Assembly: GCA_963765675.1 (NCBI GenBank)
Contig: CAVXXK010000001.1
Coordinates: 1,408,001 to 1,472,000, forward strand
Length of the DNA: 64,000 nucleotides
From: an uncultured delta proteobacterium
Lineage (GTDB): Bacteria; Desulfobacterota; Binatia; Binatales; Binataceae
Reading direction: 5' to 3'
The notes beneath the pieces are model-generated. The model ran no database searches, had not been told where the DNA came from, and was given only the letters and a program-made list of their open reading frames with translations. A program made the position numbers and the translations under genes. Positions 51,301-60,722 of this stretch are shown piece by piece; the stretch's first letter is position 1; every line of letters begins with the position of its first letter.

Positions 51301-51333
51301 CAGCACGTTTCCCTGATCGGCACCGGCAAGTAA
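48301..51333 (+). CDS. Secreted NHL-repeat protein with Pro/Thr linker and C-terminal choice-of-anchor-D/ASH-like Ig domain
   Basis: Signal peptide; 12 L(Y/F)V(A/S)D..N.RVL repeats; (TPT)n linker; VNFG..V...C...L....C...V.F.P..G...G.L.I.DNA..PQ.V.L.G.G. Confidence 0.85.
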   Translation: MNIRPNHCRIGFLPICLSLAIVAVAVSAIIAATGDTIADRVLGQLEFTTGAVNLVEASSLDFQDGVTVDGAGHLYAADPNNNRVLGWNDAAGFADGAAADLEIGQNDFLSSTCNQGESEPSATSLCHPNGVSADAAGNLYVADTTNNRVLMFATPFAGFSGTQITGLSTALVFGQPDAQSSLANNGGISAGSLSDPWGVALDAVGDLFVADSLNNRVLIFTNPLGSAVASTVIGQSVFATALCNQSANPDASPGASTLCAPEGIAVDSAGNLYVADAANNRALEFDAPFVDNAAAHLVLGQVTFTGKTANAGGISASTLNAPAGVALDLAGNLYVADTFNNRVLEYNLPRSSGVTAAANVFGQGGSFATSICDGSSGVLATALTLCGPTDAALDAAGRLYVSDQSNSRIAEFDTPLTPGASINRVLGQPDATHNGVNEVKPQSLDFPQAVAVDASSHLYVADTESNRVLGWHSASAFADGDPADLVIGQPDFASRACNQGATAPTAVSLCFPTGLATDGSGNLFVSDTQNSRVLAFSPPFAAFVGTQIIDPAASIVLGQGASFTLGTQNTGGISAGSLNQPQGATIDQAGNLYIADTANNRVLEYNQPVSNGELASRVIGQDSTGSNFTAVLCNSGGPASATTLCLPEGVSVDPSNNLYVADSNNNRVLEYNSPLTIVGGVTGSGDVTADVAFGQTGFTATTVNAPSGIPGASSLEFPEGVAADSLGNLYVADTSNTRVLGFVTPLQNPNSPNTTASIVFGQDGAFDFADVVCNGFSTPPNSPSANNLCQPSGISVDASGNLYVADTDNSRVLEFNQPLPFTGSTPTATPSGTPTPSPTGTPTPSATPTPSITPTATPTATGTPTPTTTATPTVTATPTPTITATPTLTPTSTPSMTATPTATPTEVPFNLTVAPKKVNFGKVRLGDRKSKTIRVANKGKRADSIQIETFSIAPGFTANNECGGTLAPKGHCDFTVTFAPVATGRVTGTLTIDDNAKNGPQHVSLIGTGK

Positions 51334-51341
51334 TTCCGAAC

Positions 51342-51374
51342 CCGCGCCGCTTGCGCATCCCGCAAGCGGCGCGG
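51342..51374 (+). terminator. Stable hairpin after the NHL gene (no U-tract)
   Basis: Perfect 14-bp stem CCGCGCCGCTTGCG/CGCAAGCGGCGCGG. Confidence 0.45.
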
Positions 51375-51564
51375 ACCCTCTCTCGCCCTCGCGCCGCGCC
51401 TCCTGAGCGCGTGCCGCTAATTTTCCTGCGCTCGATTTTCGGACCGTAGCGCCCGATCTGAAAAGCGCGCAAATTAGAGATCTGCCGGCACTTGAACAGA
51501 CAGGCCATGCTTATCTAGTGTCGGGCATCAGTTTTCGGGATAGATTCCCGCGGAGGACGTACAG

Positions 51565-52569
51565 GTGGCGACCAAGATTGCGATCAACGGCTTCGGACGA
51601 ATCGGCCGGATGTTTTTCCGTGCGGCGATGCACAAATCAGATTTGGAAGTCGTCGCGGTCAACGACATCACCAGCGCCGCCACACTGGCGCATCTGCTCA
51701 AGTACGACTCCGTTCACGGCACTCTCAAGCACGAGATCAAAGTTGAGGGCGGCCATATCGTGATCGACGGCAAGACTCTTCAGGTGCTGGCCGAGCGCGA
51801 TCCCGCAAAACTGCCGTGGGCAAAGCTCGGCGTGCAGGCGGTGGTCGAATCAACTGGACTCTTTACCGCGCGCGACAAGGCGGGACTTCATCTTTCCGCC
51901 GGCGCGAAGAAAGTCATCATCAGCGCGCCCGCCGACGGCGCTGATGTCACGCTATGCCTCGGCGTCAACGAAAAATCCTACGACCCGGGAAAGCATCAGG
52001 TGATCTCCAACGCGTCGTGCACCACCAACTGCCTCGCGCCGGTCGCGATGGTACTGCACGAGAATTTTGGAATCGTCCACGGCCTGATGACCACCGTGCA
52101 CGGCTACACCGCCGATCAGAACCTGCAGGACGGACCGCATAGCGACTTGCGCCGCGCGCGCGCCGCCGCGCTCTCGATGGTGCCGACCTCGACCGGAGCG
52201 GCCAAGGCCATCGGCCTGGTGCTGCCGGCGCTCAAGGGCAAGCTCGACGGAATCGCGGTGCGCGTGCCGACGCCGAATGTCTCGATCGTCGATCTGACCG
52301 CGACTCTCGAGCGCGACGCCGATGACAAGGAGGTCAACGCCGCTATGAAAAAAGCCGCCGACGGCCCGCTCAAGGGAATTCTGGCCTACAGCGAGGCGCC
52401 GCTGGTCTCGATCGATTTCAACGGCAACCCGCATTCGTCGACCTTCGATGCGCCGCTGACCAAGGTGCTCGGCAACCGGCTGGTCAAGGTGTTCTCGTGG
52501 TACGACAACGAATGGGGCTATTCGAACCGGCTCGCCGATATCACCGCCTACGTGATCGACAGGATGTAA
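51565..52569 (+). CDS. gap: Glyceraldehyde-3-phosphate dehydrogenase type I
   Basis: INGFGRIGR, SNASCTTNCLAP and WYDNEWGY. Confidence 0.98.
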   Translation: MATKIAINGFGRIGRMFFRAAMHKSDLEVVAVNDITSAATLAHLLKYDSVHGTLKHEIKVEGGHIVIDGKTLQVLAERDPAKLPWAKLGVQAVVESTGLFTARDKAGLHLSAGAKKVIISAPADGADVTLCLGVNEKSYDPGKHQVISNASCTTNCLAPVAMVLHENFGIVHGLMTTVHGYTADQNLQDGPHSDLRRARAAALSMVPTSTGAAKAIGLVLPALKGKLDGIAVRVPTPNVSIVDLTATLERDADDKEVNAAMKKAADGPLKGILAYSEAPLVSIDFNGNPHSSTFDAPLTKVLGNRLVKVFSWYDNEWGYSNRLADITAYVIDRM

Positions 52570-52599
52570 CTGCGGCGCGCGCCGCAGACTCTTTTCGCC

Positions 52600-53775
52600 A
52601 TGGCGATAATTCCTGTCACCGCGCTCGAGCTTTCAGGGCAGCGCGTTCTGGTGCGCTGCGACTTCAACGTGCCGTTCGCCGACGGAAAGATCTCCGACCC
52701 CGCGCGAATCGACGCGAGCCTGCCGACGATTCGCTACATCCTTGGCGCCGGCGCGACGGCGATCCTGTGCTCGCATCTGGGGCGTCCCAAGGAACGCTCG
52801 CCCCAGTTCAGCCTCAAACCGGTCGCGGAATATCTGAGCATCGCCCTTGCGCGCAAAGTCGCGCTCGCGCCCGATTGCATCGGCGACGTGACCGGCAAGA
52901 TGATCGCGGCGCTCAAGCCAGGCGACGCAATCCTGCTCGAGAATCTGCGCTTTCACGCCGAGGAAGAGGCCAACGATCGCGACTTCGCCCACGAACTCGC
53001 GCGCGGCAAGACCGCTTATGTAAACGACGCGTTCGGCAGCGCGCATCGCGCGCACGCCTCGACGGTCGGCGTGACGAAATTTCTGCCGGAGCGCGCGGCA
53101 GGACTCCTGATGATCGCCGAGCTTGAGGCATTGCGTTCCGTCACTGAAAATCCCGTGCGCCCGATGGTCGCGATCCTGGGCGGAGCCAAAGTCACCGACA
53201 AGATCGGGCTGATCAAAAATCTGCTGCCGCGCGTCGACGCGATCCTGATCGGCGGCGCCATGGCGTACACCTTCCTGCGCGCGCAGGGAATCGCCGTCGG
53301 CCGCTCGCGAGTCGAAGAAGACAAGATCGAGCTCGCGCGCGAGCTCCTCGCGCTGGCCGAGAACAAAGGCGTCAGTATCGAGCTGCCGTCCGACCATATC
53401 GTGGCGTCCGCTCCTGAAGCGGGCGCGATCGCTGAAACAGCGGTTGAAATTCCCGCGGAAATGATGGGACTCGATATTGGTCCCGCGACGATTGAGCGCT
53501 TCATCGCGGCGCTCGCGCCGGCCAAGACGGTCATATGGAATGGCCCGCTCGGGTTTTTCGAAATTCCCGAATTTGCGCGAGGCACGCTCGCGGTCGGAGA
53601 AGCACTCGCGAACCAGTCCGGCACTAAATCGATCCTGGGCGGCGGAGATACCGCGGCGGCCGTCGCCGGACACGAGTGGTCCTCGCGCTTTACCCATATC
53701 TCGACCGGGGGCGGCGCGACGCTCGAGTTTCTCGAAGGCCGCGAGCTTCCCGGCGTCAAAGCCCTCGAGCGTTAA
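52600..53775 (+). CDS. pgk: Phosphoglycerate kinase
   Basis: DFNVP, SHLGRP, LLENLRF, WNGP and ISTGGGA. Confidence 0.97.
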   Translation: MAIIPVTALELSGQRVLVRCDFNVPFADGKISDPARIDASLPTIRYILGAGATAILCSHLGRPKERSPQFSLKPVAEYLSIALARKVALAPDCIGDVTGKMIAALKPGDAILLENLRFHAEEEANDRDFAHELARGKTAYVNDAFGSAHRAHASTVGVTKFLPERAAGLLMIAELEALRSVTENPVRPMVAILGGAKVTDKIGLIKNLLPRVDAILIGGAMAYTFLRAQGIAVGRSRVEEDKIELARELLALAENKGVSIELPSDHIVASAPEAGAIAETAVEIPAEMMGLDIGPATIERFIAALAPAKTVIWNGPLGFFEIPEFARGTLAVGEALANQSGTKSILGGGDTAAAVAGHEWSSRFTHISTGGGATLEFLEGRELPGVKALER

Positions 53776-53787
53776 AGGACGATCGAA

Positions 53788-54561
53788 ATGCGCAGGCTAA
53801 TGCTCGCTGGCAATTGGAAGATGAACCTTAACGCAGTCGAAGCGCGCGCGCTGATCGCGGCGATCCGCGCCGATATCGATCGCGACGCAGCCACGCTGGC
53901 GCGCGATCGCGATATCATGGTCGCGCCGCCCGCCGTGATGATCCCCGCCGCCGCGCAGGCTCTTGCGGGATCGTCGATCGCCCTCGGCGCTCAGAACATG
54001 CACTACGAGGATAGGGGCGCATTCACGGGCGAAGTCTCGCCTCCGATGCTCCTCGCGTTCGGCGTGAGCCACGTGATTCTCGGCCATTCCGAGCGCCGCC
54101 ATATTTTTCACGAAACCGACGAGCTGGTTAATCGCAAGATGCTCTCGGCGCTGAAGCATCGCATGATCCCGATCATGTGCGTCGGCGAGACCCAGGAAGA
54201 ACACGACGGCGGCCGTGCGCTCGACGTCGTGATGCGCCAGCTGCAGGGCGGACTCGAGGGCGTCCCGGCCGAGCACGCCGCGCGGGTCGTGATCGCCTAC
54301 GAGCCGATATGGGCTATCGGCACCGGACGCACCGCCTCGCCCGAGCAGGCGCAGAATGTCCACGGCGCGATTCGGCAAACTCTCGCCGACTTGCACGGCC
54401 GTGAAGCCGCCGAGGCGATGCGGATCCTCTACGGCGGCAGCGTCACGGCAGAGAATGTTGACTCGCTCGTCTCCAAGCCCGATATTGACGGGGCTCTGGT
54501 CGGCGGGGCAAGCTTAAAGGCCGACTCCTTTGCGAGGATCATCCGGGCAGGTCGCGGGTGA
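53788..54561 (+). CDS. tpiA: Triosephosphate isomerase
   Basis: [28 protein letters not shown] and VGGASL. Confidence 0.97.
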   Translation: MRRLMLAGNWKMNLNAVEARALIAAIRADIDRDAATLARDRDIMVAPPAVMIPAAAQALAGSSIALGAQNMHYEDRGAFTGEVSPPMLLAFGVSHVILGHSERRHIFHETDELVNRKMLSALKHRMIPIMCVGETQEEHDGGRALDVVMRQLQGGLEGVPAEHAARVVIAYEPIWAIGTGRTASPEQAQNVHGAIRQTLADLHGREAAEAMRILYGGSVTAENVDSLVSKPDIDGALVGGASLKADSFARIIRAGRG

Positions 54562-54592
54562 GAATCCGCGAAGGATCTCAGAAGACAATCGA

Positions 54593-54964
54593 ATGTACGT
54601 ATCGGCAGCAATTGCGATTCACATTTCCGTGTGCGTCGTGCTCGTCGTGATTATCCTGCTTCAGCAGGGTAAGGGCGCAGACGTCGGCGCAGTGTTTGGC
54701 GGCTCGAGTTCGACCGTGTTCGGTTCGAGCGGCGCGGGAAACGCGATGACCAAGGCGACTTGGGCGCTCGCGACTGTTTTCTTTGCGACCTCGATCTTCC
54801 TGGCTTATTCGTCAACTCAGCGCGCGACCGGCAGTATTTTTTCCGGCTCTGCGGCGCAGACCAGGTCGGTGATGCCCGCGGCGCCCGCGGGCAAAGTTGC
54901 GGTTCCCGCCGCAGCACCTGCGGCAGGCGGAGCAGCGCCGGTGCCGGCGCCGTCGCAGAAATGA
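54593..54964 (+). CDS. secG: Preprotein translocase subunit SecG
   Basis: ILLQQGKGADVGAVFGG..TVFGSSGAGN; follows tpiA. Confidence 0.92.
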   Translation: MYVSAAIAIHISVCVVLVVIILLQQGKGADVGAVFGGSSSTVFGSSGAGNAMTKATWALATVFFATSIFLAYSSTQRATGSIFSGSAAQTRSVMPAAPAGKVAVPAAAPAAGGAAPVPAPSQK

Positions 54965-54988
54965 GCCACGGCGCTAATCCCATCCGAT

Positions 54989-55071
54989 GCGCGGGTGGTG
55001 GAACGGCAGACACGCCAGTTTGAGGGGCTGGTGGCCGAAAGGCCGTGGGGGTTCAAGTCCCCCTCCGCGCA
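54989..55071 (+). tRNA. tRNA-Leu(GAG)
   Basis: Acceptor GCGCGGG/TCCGCGC, anticodon loop TT-GAG-GG, long variable arm GGCC-GAAA-GGCC, T-arm GGGGG-TTCAAGT-CCCCC; CCA not fully encoded. Confidence 0.93.
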
Positions 55072-55155
55072 CCGATTCCTGATTCCTCTTAACCCTCGAT
55101 CAGTAGCTTCGCTAGTGCTTGTTTACGAACTCAGATCACGCGATAATTTAGAACG

Positions 55156-55353
55156 ATGGCGCCGAAGCAAAGAAAACTCATCGAATCGATGCTATCTGAC
55201 CTGAGCGGTCCTCGGGCAGTCGAAGGGTTTCGCAAGGCTGCGAATGCGTTCACATCGGACGCTACCCGCTCGGAAGCTTCCGCCAGGAAGGTCCTGATTG
55301 ACGAGGGGATCTATACCAAGTCAGGCAAACTCTCCAAAAACTACAGTTCCTGA
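55156..55353 (+). CDS. Small hypothetical protein (candidate antitoxin)
   Basis: 65 aa; stop abuts the next start; TTGTTT-N17-GATAAT ends 8 nt before the ATG. Confidence 0.65.
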   Translation: MAPKQRKLIESMLSDLSGPRAVEGFRKAANAFTSDATRSEASARKVLIDEGIYTKSGKLSKNYSS

Positions 55354-55935
55354 TTGCATCGTCTTGCGGCCAGCTTTGTCCTCGCCTATCACGGTTGCGA
55401 ACGCCAAGTTGGCGAGCGGATTCTGAAGGGCGAAGCGTTCAAGCCAAGTAACAACGACTACGATTGGCTGGGTCCTGGAATCTACTTCTGGGAGTCTAAT
55501 CCCAGGCGCGGTTTGGATTACGCCGGGGAAGTTCTCTCGCGAGCGCGTGCTCGTTCCAAGACCCCCTTCGTTATTGGAGCCGTTGTATCGCTTGGCCGAT
55601 GCCTGGATCTGACAACCTCCGATGGTATCGAGTTTGTTCGGTCCGCATACACAAGTCTTCTAGACGCAACCAAAGCCGCGGGTCTTCCACTTCCCACAAA
55701 TTCAGATGATAAATTGCGCAGGCATCTCGATTGCGCGGTGATTCGTCGCGTCCATACGATTCTCGCCGCGGCGGGCTCAGAACCGGTCGATAGCGTCAAG
55801 GGAATCTTCATCGAGGGCAAGCCGATCTATGCGGGTTCGGGTTTCTACGAAAAAACTCACGTTCAGATCGCGGTCTGCAACCCGGAGTGTATTAAGGGCG
55901 AATTTAGGGTGCCTTCCAATCAGCTTGACCAGTAG
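55354..55935 (+). CDS. Putative ADP-ribosyltransferase-fold protein (candidate toxin)
   Basis: YHG ... DWLGPGIYFW ... THVQIAV motifs; visibly AT-richer than the flanking core genes. Confidence 0.6.
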   Translation: MHRLAASFVLAYHGCERQVGERILKGEAFKPSNNDYDWLGPGIYFWESNPRRGLDYAGEVLSRARARSKTPFVIGAVVSLGRCLDLTTSDGIEFVRSAYTSLLDATKAAGLPLPTNSDDKLRRHLDCAVIRRVHTILAAAGSEPVDSVKGIFIEGKPIYAGSGFYEKTHVQIAVCNPECIKGEFRVPSNQLDQ

Positions 55936-55976
55936 AGATGAGCGATTGTGCGGTGACCGATCGATTTGTCCGGTTA

Positions 55977-56588
55977 TTACTCGAACTGGACGCTGCTTAA
56001 GAACGCGTCGGCTTCCTGCTCGCCCTCGGGCGTGCCGCCGCTTGGACTGCGTTGGGTGTAAATAAAGCGCACGATAAATCCGGGTGCGCTCGGATCGATA
56101 CATTCGAGACTGTCCTCGTCGGTGACCAGCCGATCCACCGAGGGATCGGGCGTGTTCGCGTAGTTTACCGTCAGCAGCGACCGTGCATGATAGCGCAGGC
56201 AAGTCGCGCCGTGGCCCGCCGCCGGCGAGACCACCTTGTCGCCGCCGGGCAGACTCTCGGCCCACTGCTGCAACTGATCGGCGTTAGTTACCGTGGTCGG
56301 CGGTTCGAACGCGTAAATCAGAATCTGCGATTCAGCCCGCCCGTCATGGCGGGTGAACTCGGCCAGCGTCGGCGGATCGACCGTGTCACGCAGATACCAT
56401 CCGGTGCGCCCCGGCCGCTGGAACGAAAAATCTCCGCGCTGCATCCGTCCCGGCAAGCCGCCCGCGTCAGTCTGCAAAAGATAGGTGCACGACGTCGTCG
56501 CGATGCCGCTCAGAATCATTGCTGCGCACAGGCGCGCAAATCGCCGCCACTTGCGGCTTCCACAATCACGCGGCCCTGCGGGATTCAT
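55977..56588 (-). CDS. Hypothetical lipoprotein (start uncertain)
   Basis: Hydrophobic stretch ending TTSC; C-terminal ADAFLSSVQF. Confidence 0.5.
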   Translation of the reverse strand: MNPAGPRDCGSRKWRRFARLCAAMILSGIATTSCTYLLQTDAGGLPGRMQRGDFSFQRPGRTGWYLRDTVDPPTLAEFTRHDGRAESQILIYAFEPPTTVTNADQLQQWAESLPGGDKVVSPAAGHGATCLRYHARSLLTVNYANTPDPSVDRLVTDEDSLECIDPSAPGFIVRFIYTQRSPSGGTPEGEQEADAFLSSVQFE

Positions 56589-56764
56589 TGAAATTGATAT
56601 TCCAGATGCGCGCGGACAGTCGCGACGGTTATAGCGGTCCCCGCGTGCCGCGGCAATCAATCCGCCGCGACGACGGCTTTCCATAATCATGGCGCTGTGG
56701 TTTATTTCTGCCCGACAGAGTGTTTGCAGGAATCAGACACCGTACGGAATCGGGGGAAACCAAG

Positions 56765-57169
56765 ATGCCGGAAAATGACGGTTCCAAGCTTCTGAAGGCT
56801 GCGCTCGTGGTGGTCGGGATAATCTTCGTGATCGGAATTTATCCGCTCACGATTGTCTGGCCCGCAGGATGGGCCTGGCACCTATCCGGGCGCTCGAATT
56901 ACCTGGAAATGATTCTGGGGGTCTACGCGACGCTGGGAGTTTTTCTGATTCTCGCCGCGCGCCACCCGCTCCAGAATCTAAGCCTCATCTGGTTCACGGT
57001 ATGGTCGAGCATCGTGCATGGGGGGATCATGGCGTTGCAGGCATTAGCCAATCCTGAGCATCTCGGCCATCTGCTCGGCGACGTGCCCGCGCTGCTGATT
57101 GTCGCTTTGGTACTGGCGATTCTAACTATTCGCGCGCAACGGGAAAGTGCGATGGTGCCGGCCGGCTGA
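56765..57169 (+). CDS. Small 4-TM membrane protein (DUF6632-like)
   Basis: WPAGWAWH, MILGVYATLGVFL, WFTVWSSIVHG and HLLGDVP. Confidence 0.7.
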   Translation: MPENDGSKLLKAALVVVGIIFVIGIYPLTIVWPAGWAWHLSGRSNYLEMILGVYATLGVFLILAARHPLQNLSLIWFTVWSSIVHGGIMALQALANPEHLGHLLGDVPALLIVALVLAILTIRAQRESAMVPAG

Positions 57170-57192
57170 CCGGACGCCGTCCGCCTTTTGCA

Positions 57193-58099
57193 CTACTGCT
57201 GATTGGCGCCCGGGTCGATCGGAGAACTCGTTGGCTCTTCCGACTCCGATATATCCAGCGACACCAGCATCGTCTGCGTTCCTCCGGCGCTGCGATAGAC
57301 GCCCGAGAGCGGAGGTACGTCGGCATAGTCGCGTCCGACGGCGACTCGCAGATGATGGTCTCCGGCGCGAGCGCCGTGCGTCGGGTCGAAACCAATCCAT
57401 CCCGAGTCGGGAATCATCGCCTCGATCCATGCGTGGCTCGCCTGCTCGCCGAGCGGCCGGCGATTCCCCGACTCGACCATCGGCGCCAGGTATCCCGACA
57501 CATAGCGCGCGGGCACTCCCGCAAGGCGCAGGATGCCGATCATCAGATGCGCGAAGTCCTGGCACACGCCGCCTCCGGCCTGCAGGATGTGGTTCAAGTC
57601 GGAGCGGACGTTGGTTGCGCCGGGCTCGTACGCGAACTGTCCGCGAATCCATCCAACGATCCGGCATACGTAGTCCACGACTGGTTCATTCATCCGCGGC
57701 CGCGCCATCCAGAACAGCTTCTTGAGCGGCTCGCTGAACGGCACGTAGCGGCTCGGATGCAAAAAATCATACTCGAGCTGTGAGCGCAGCGCGTCACCCG
57801 CCAGAAATTCGCCGAACGGATGGCGCGGCGCGCTCAGCGCCCGCGGCGCGGATTCGCTCGATCAGGGAATCGGCCACCACCACCAGCTCGCGATGCGCTT
57901 CGTGCACCGATAACGCATGCACAATATTGCCAAACGAGTCGCGATAGTCGATTACCGCAGCGCGCGGAATCACTTCGAGCCGAAAACCTATCGTTCGCTG
58001 GCCCGAACTCTCGCGCGGGCGTAGCCGAACCTCGTTGTGCGATTCATACGCCGGCTGGTCGTAGGCAAAGCGCGTAACATGTCTGACCCGAAATCTCAT
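57193..58099 (-). pseudogene. Transglutaminase-family protein interrupted by one extra base (~57850)
   Basis: N-domain (RHVTRFAY..SHNEVRLRP..DSFGN) and catalytic GVCQDFAH..ARYVSGY..SHAW..GFDPT..GRDYADV lie in adjacent frames; span = 3n+1. Confidence 0.8.
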
Positions 58100-58163
58100 T
58101 CCAAACTGTCTTTCCCGATCTATCCGATATACTCAGATGCCATTATAGTCATTCGTCCGGATA

Positions 58164-59112
58164 CTATTCGAATTTCAAATACTCAGCCGATACTTCCTCT
58201 CCGATCCGCGCGCAATCCTCCTGAATCCCAAGCAGGTATTCATGCAGTCCCGACTCGATCACGGTGGTCGCGGCTCCCGCGCGCAACCGCACGCCCAGCG
58301 CATGCGCCGATGGCACCCGATCGACGCCATTGGAATGCATCCCCGCCGCTTCGACCCGGCCCGAGCGCCGAACCCATCCGGTCGATACAGAAACGCGCCG
58401 CGCGGGGAAACGAGGCGTCGAAGAGCAGCACCTCGACCACTTTGTCCGCGCGAATCAGATTTCCATGCGAGCGCCGATACGCCTCGAGCGCCGACGCGCT
58501 GCGCAAAAGCGCCGCCCATTGCGAGAGATCCAGCGGTGAGCCGACATCCTCGAGCTTCGGCAGCAGCACGTGATACTTCACGTCGAGCAAGCGCGAGATA
58601 TTCTCGGCGCATTCGAGCGAGCGTCCGATCGCGAGAAAATCGAAGCCAACATCGCGCAAGATCGTGGTCTGGATCACGCCCGCGATCCGGTAAAAGCGCT
58701 CGCGCAGCTCGGAGAAGAATCCGTACACACCAACCGCTTCGAGCATCGCGGGGGACCATCTTTGCGTGTCGAGATACAGCGTGTTGATTTCGAGCCATAG
58801 CTCGGAGGAAATGCGATGCCGCAGCGCGCTGCAATTCTCTCGGGCGAATCCGATACAGCTTCGAATCGAAGAAAGATTTTTCTCGTCGAATGCGTAATAG
58901 CCCAACACGGACGCTTCGTCGTCGGCCGCGTAGCGCGAGTCGAAATCGCTGCGATCGCCCGTGATCGCCAGCATCGCACCCCACGCTCCGCTCGGTCCCG
59001 CCGGACTTTCCACCAGCAGATGATAATTCACATCGACCAGCCGCGCGCGCCATTCCGCGCGCTCGAGATAGCGCGCGGTCCAATAAAGATGATTTGCAAC
59101 CCGTCTCAGCAC
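58164..59112 (-). pseudogene. Alpha-E domain protein interrupted by one extra base (~58360)
   Basis: MLRRVANHLYWTARYLERAE, ARENC, FPRAARF; removing one G restores a C-terminus ...GLHEYLLGIQEDCARIGEEVSAEYLKFE*. Confidence 0.8.
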
Positions 59113-60605
59113 GGCCCATCCAGAACCCAGGTGTCTTTACTGCCGCCCCCTTGCGACGAGTTGACGACCAGCGAGCCCTCGCGCAAAGCAACCCTGGTAA
59201 GTCCGCCGGCGAGCACGCGCGGCCGCGTGCCCATCAGCACGAAGGGCCGCAAATCCACGTGCCGCGCCGCGGGAGCAACGCCGCCCTCGGCGTTGTCGAC
59301 CAGCGTAGGATGCACCGACAGGCTGACGACCGGCTGCGCGATGAAGTCTTTCGGATTGGCTTCGATCTGTTTGCGAGTTGCAGCCAGCTCGGCATCGCTG
59401 GCGCGCGGTCCGATCACGACTCCGTAACCGCCCGACGCGCCGGTGGGTTTGATTACAAAATGATCGAGGTCGCGCAGGACCATCGCGCGCACCTCGGGCT
59501 CGCGCAGCAGGTGCGTCTCGACGATCGGCAGAACTGGCTGTTCGCCTAAATAGTAGCGAATCATCTCGGGCGTGTAGGCAAACACCGCTTTATCGTCCGC
59601 CACTCCGGTGCCGATTCCGTTGGCTATCGTGACGCTGCCCGCGCGAATCGCCGCCGTCAGTCCTGCAACCCCCAGCATCGAGTCGTGCCGGAACACCACC
59701 GGATCGAGAAAGTCGTCATCGATCCGCCGGTACAGCACGTGGATCTGGCGCAGTCCGTGAACGGTCTTCATCCAGAGCTTGTGATCGACACAGACGAGGT
59801 CGCGTCCCTCGACCAGCTCAACCCCCATCTGCTGCGACAAAAACACATGCTCGAAAAACGCCGAGTTGAACGGCCCCGGAGTCAGCAGCGCGACTGTCGG
59901 CCGAGAGACTCCGGCAGGCACCAGCTCGCACAGGCTCTCAAGAAGGTCTGCAGGATAGCCTTCGACACTCCGCACCCGCGAAGCGCGCAAAGCTGCGGGC
60001 ATCAACCGCGTGGTCACCAGCCGGTTCTCGATCACGTACGAGACGCCCGACGGCGTGCGCGCGTTGTCCTCGAGCACGTAGAAGCGTCCGTCGGCGCCGC
60101 GCACCAGGTCGATTCCCGCCACGGTAATAAAAGTTCCGCCGGGAGGCGTGATCCCGACCGCGCCGCGCCGGTATTGCGACGATTCCAGGATCAGGTCGTG
60201 TGGAATCAGTCCGTCCTTGAGGATGTGCGCCTCGCCGTAAATATCCGCCACGAATGCGTTGAGCGCGCGCACCCGCTGGATCAGTCCCGCTTCGAGTGTT
60301 CGCCAGGTTTCCGCGTCGATAATCCGAGGAATCGGATCGAACGGAAAGATTCGTTCGGCGCCCTGGGTCTGTCCGTATACGTTGAAGGTGACCCCCATCC
60401 GGAGGAGCATCCGCTCGGCTTGAGCGCGCAGCGACGCGAACTCGGTGCCGTCCATTTCGAGCAGGCTCGACGCGATCGGCGCGCACCACGGATGCGGCCG
60501 CGCCGCGGCGGCGAACATCTCATCGAACATTCCGGAGGGCGGCTGGTATGCCGCGAAAACAGGCGCATGCATGCCCGCCCGCGAGGCATCTATAGATACT
60601 GCCAA
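59106..60605 (-). CDS. Circularly permuted type 2 ATP-grasp protein
   Basis: ERIFPFDPIPR, LEDNARTPSGVSY, YRRIDDDFLDP, RHVDLRP and VVNSSQGGGSKDTWV. Confidence 0.93.
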   Translation of the reverse strand: MAVSIDASRAGMHAPVFAAYQPPSGMFDEMFAAAARPHPWCAPIASSLLEMDGTEFASLRAQAERMLLRMGVTFNVYGQTQGAERIFPFDPIPRIIDAETWRTLEAGLIQRVRALNAFVADIYGEAHILKDGLIPHDLILESSQYRRGAVGITPPGGTFITVAGIDLVRGADGRFYVLEDNARTPSGVSYVIENRLVTTRLMPAALRASRVRSVEGYPADLLESLCELVPAGVSRPTVALLTPGPFNSAFFEHVFLSQQMGVELVEGRDLVCVDHKLWMKTVHGLRQIHVLYRRIDDDFLDPVVFRHDSMLGVAGLTAAIRAGSVTIANGIGTGVADDKAVFAYTPEMIRYYLGEQPVLPIVETHLLREPEVRAMVLRDLDHFVIKPTGASGGYGVVIGPRASDAELAATRKQIEANPKDFIAQPVVSLSVHPTLVDNAEGGVAPAARHVDLRPFVLMGTRPRVLAGGLTRVALREGSLVVNSSQGGGSKDTWVLDGPC

Positions 60606-60666
60606 GACAATCTCCTAGGCCGTTTCTCCCGCGCCATTCACCGGCGTTTATCGGGATAGCCATAGG

Positions 60667-60682
60667 AGCAATCGACGTGCCT
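60667..60682 (-). promoter_or_regulatory. Sigma54 (-24/-12) promoter of the ATP-grasp operon
   Basis: AGGCACG-TCGA-TTGCT fits TGGCACG-N4-TTGCW with exact GG-N10-GC spacing, ~60 nt upstream of the start. Confidence 0.7.
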
Positions 60683-60722
60683 CGCCCGCGCTCCGCGGTC
60701 GTGCGTCCGATGAGCGTGTTGC

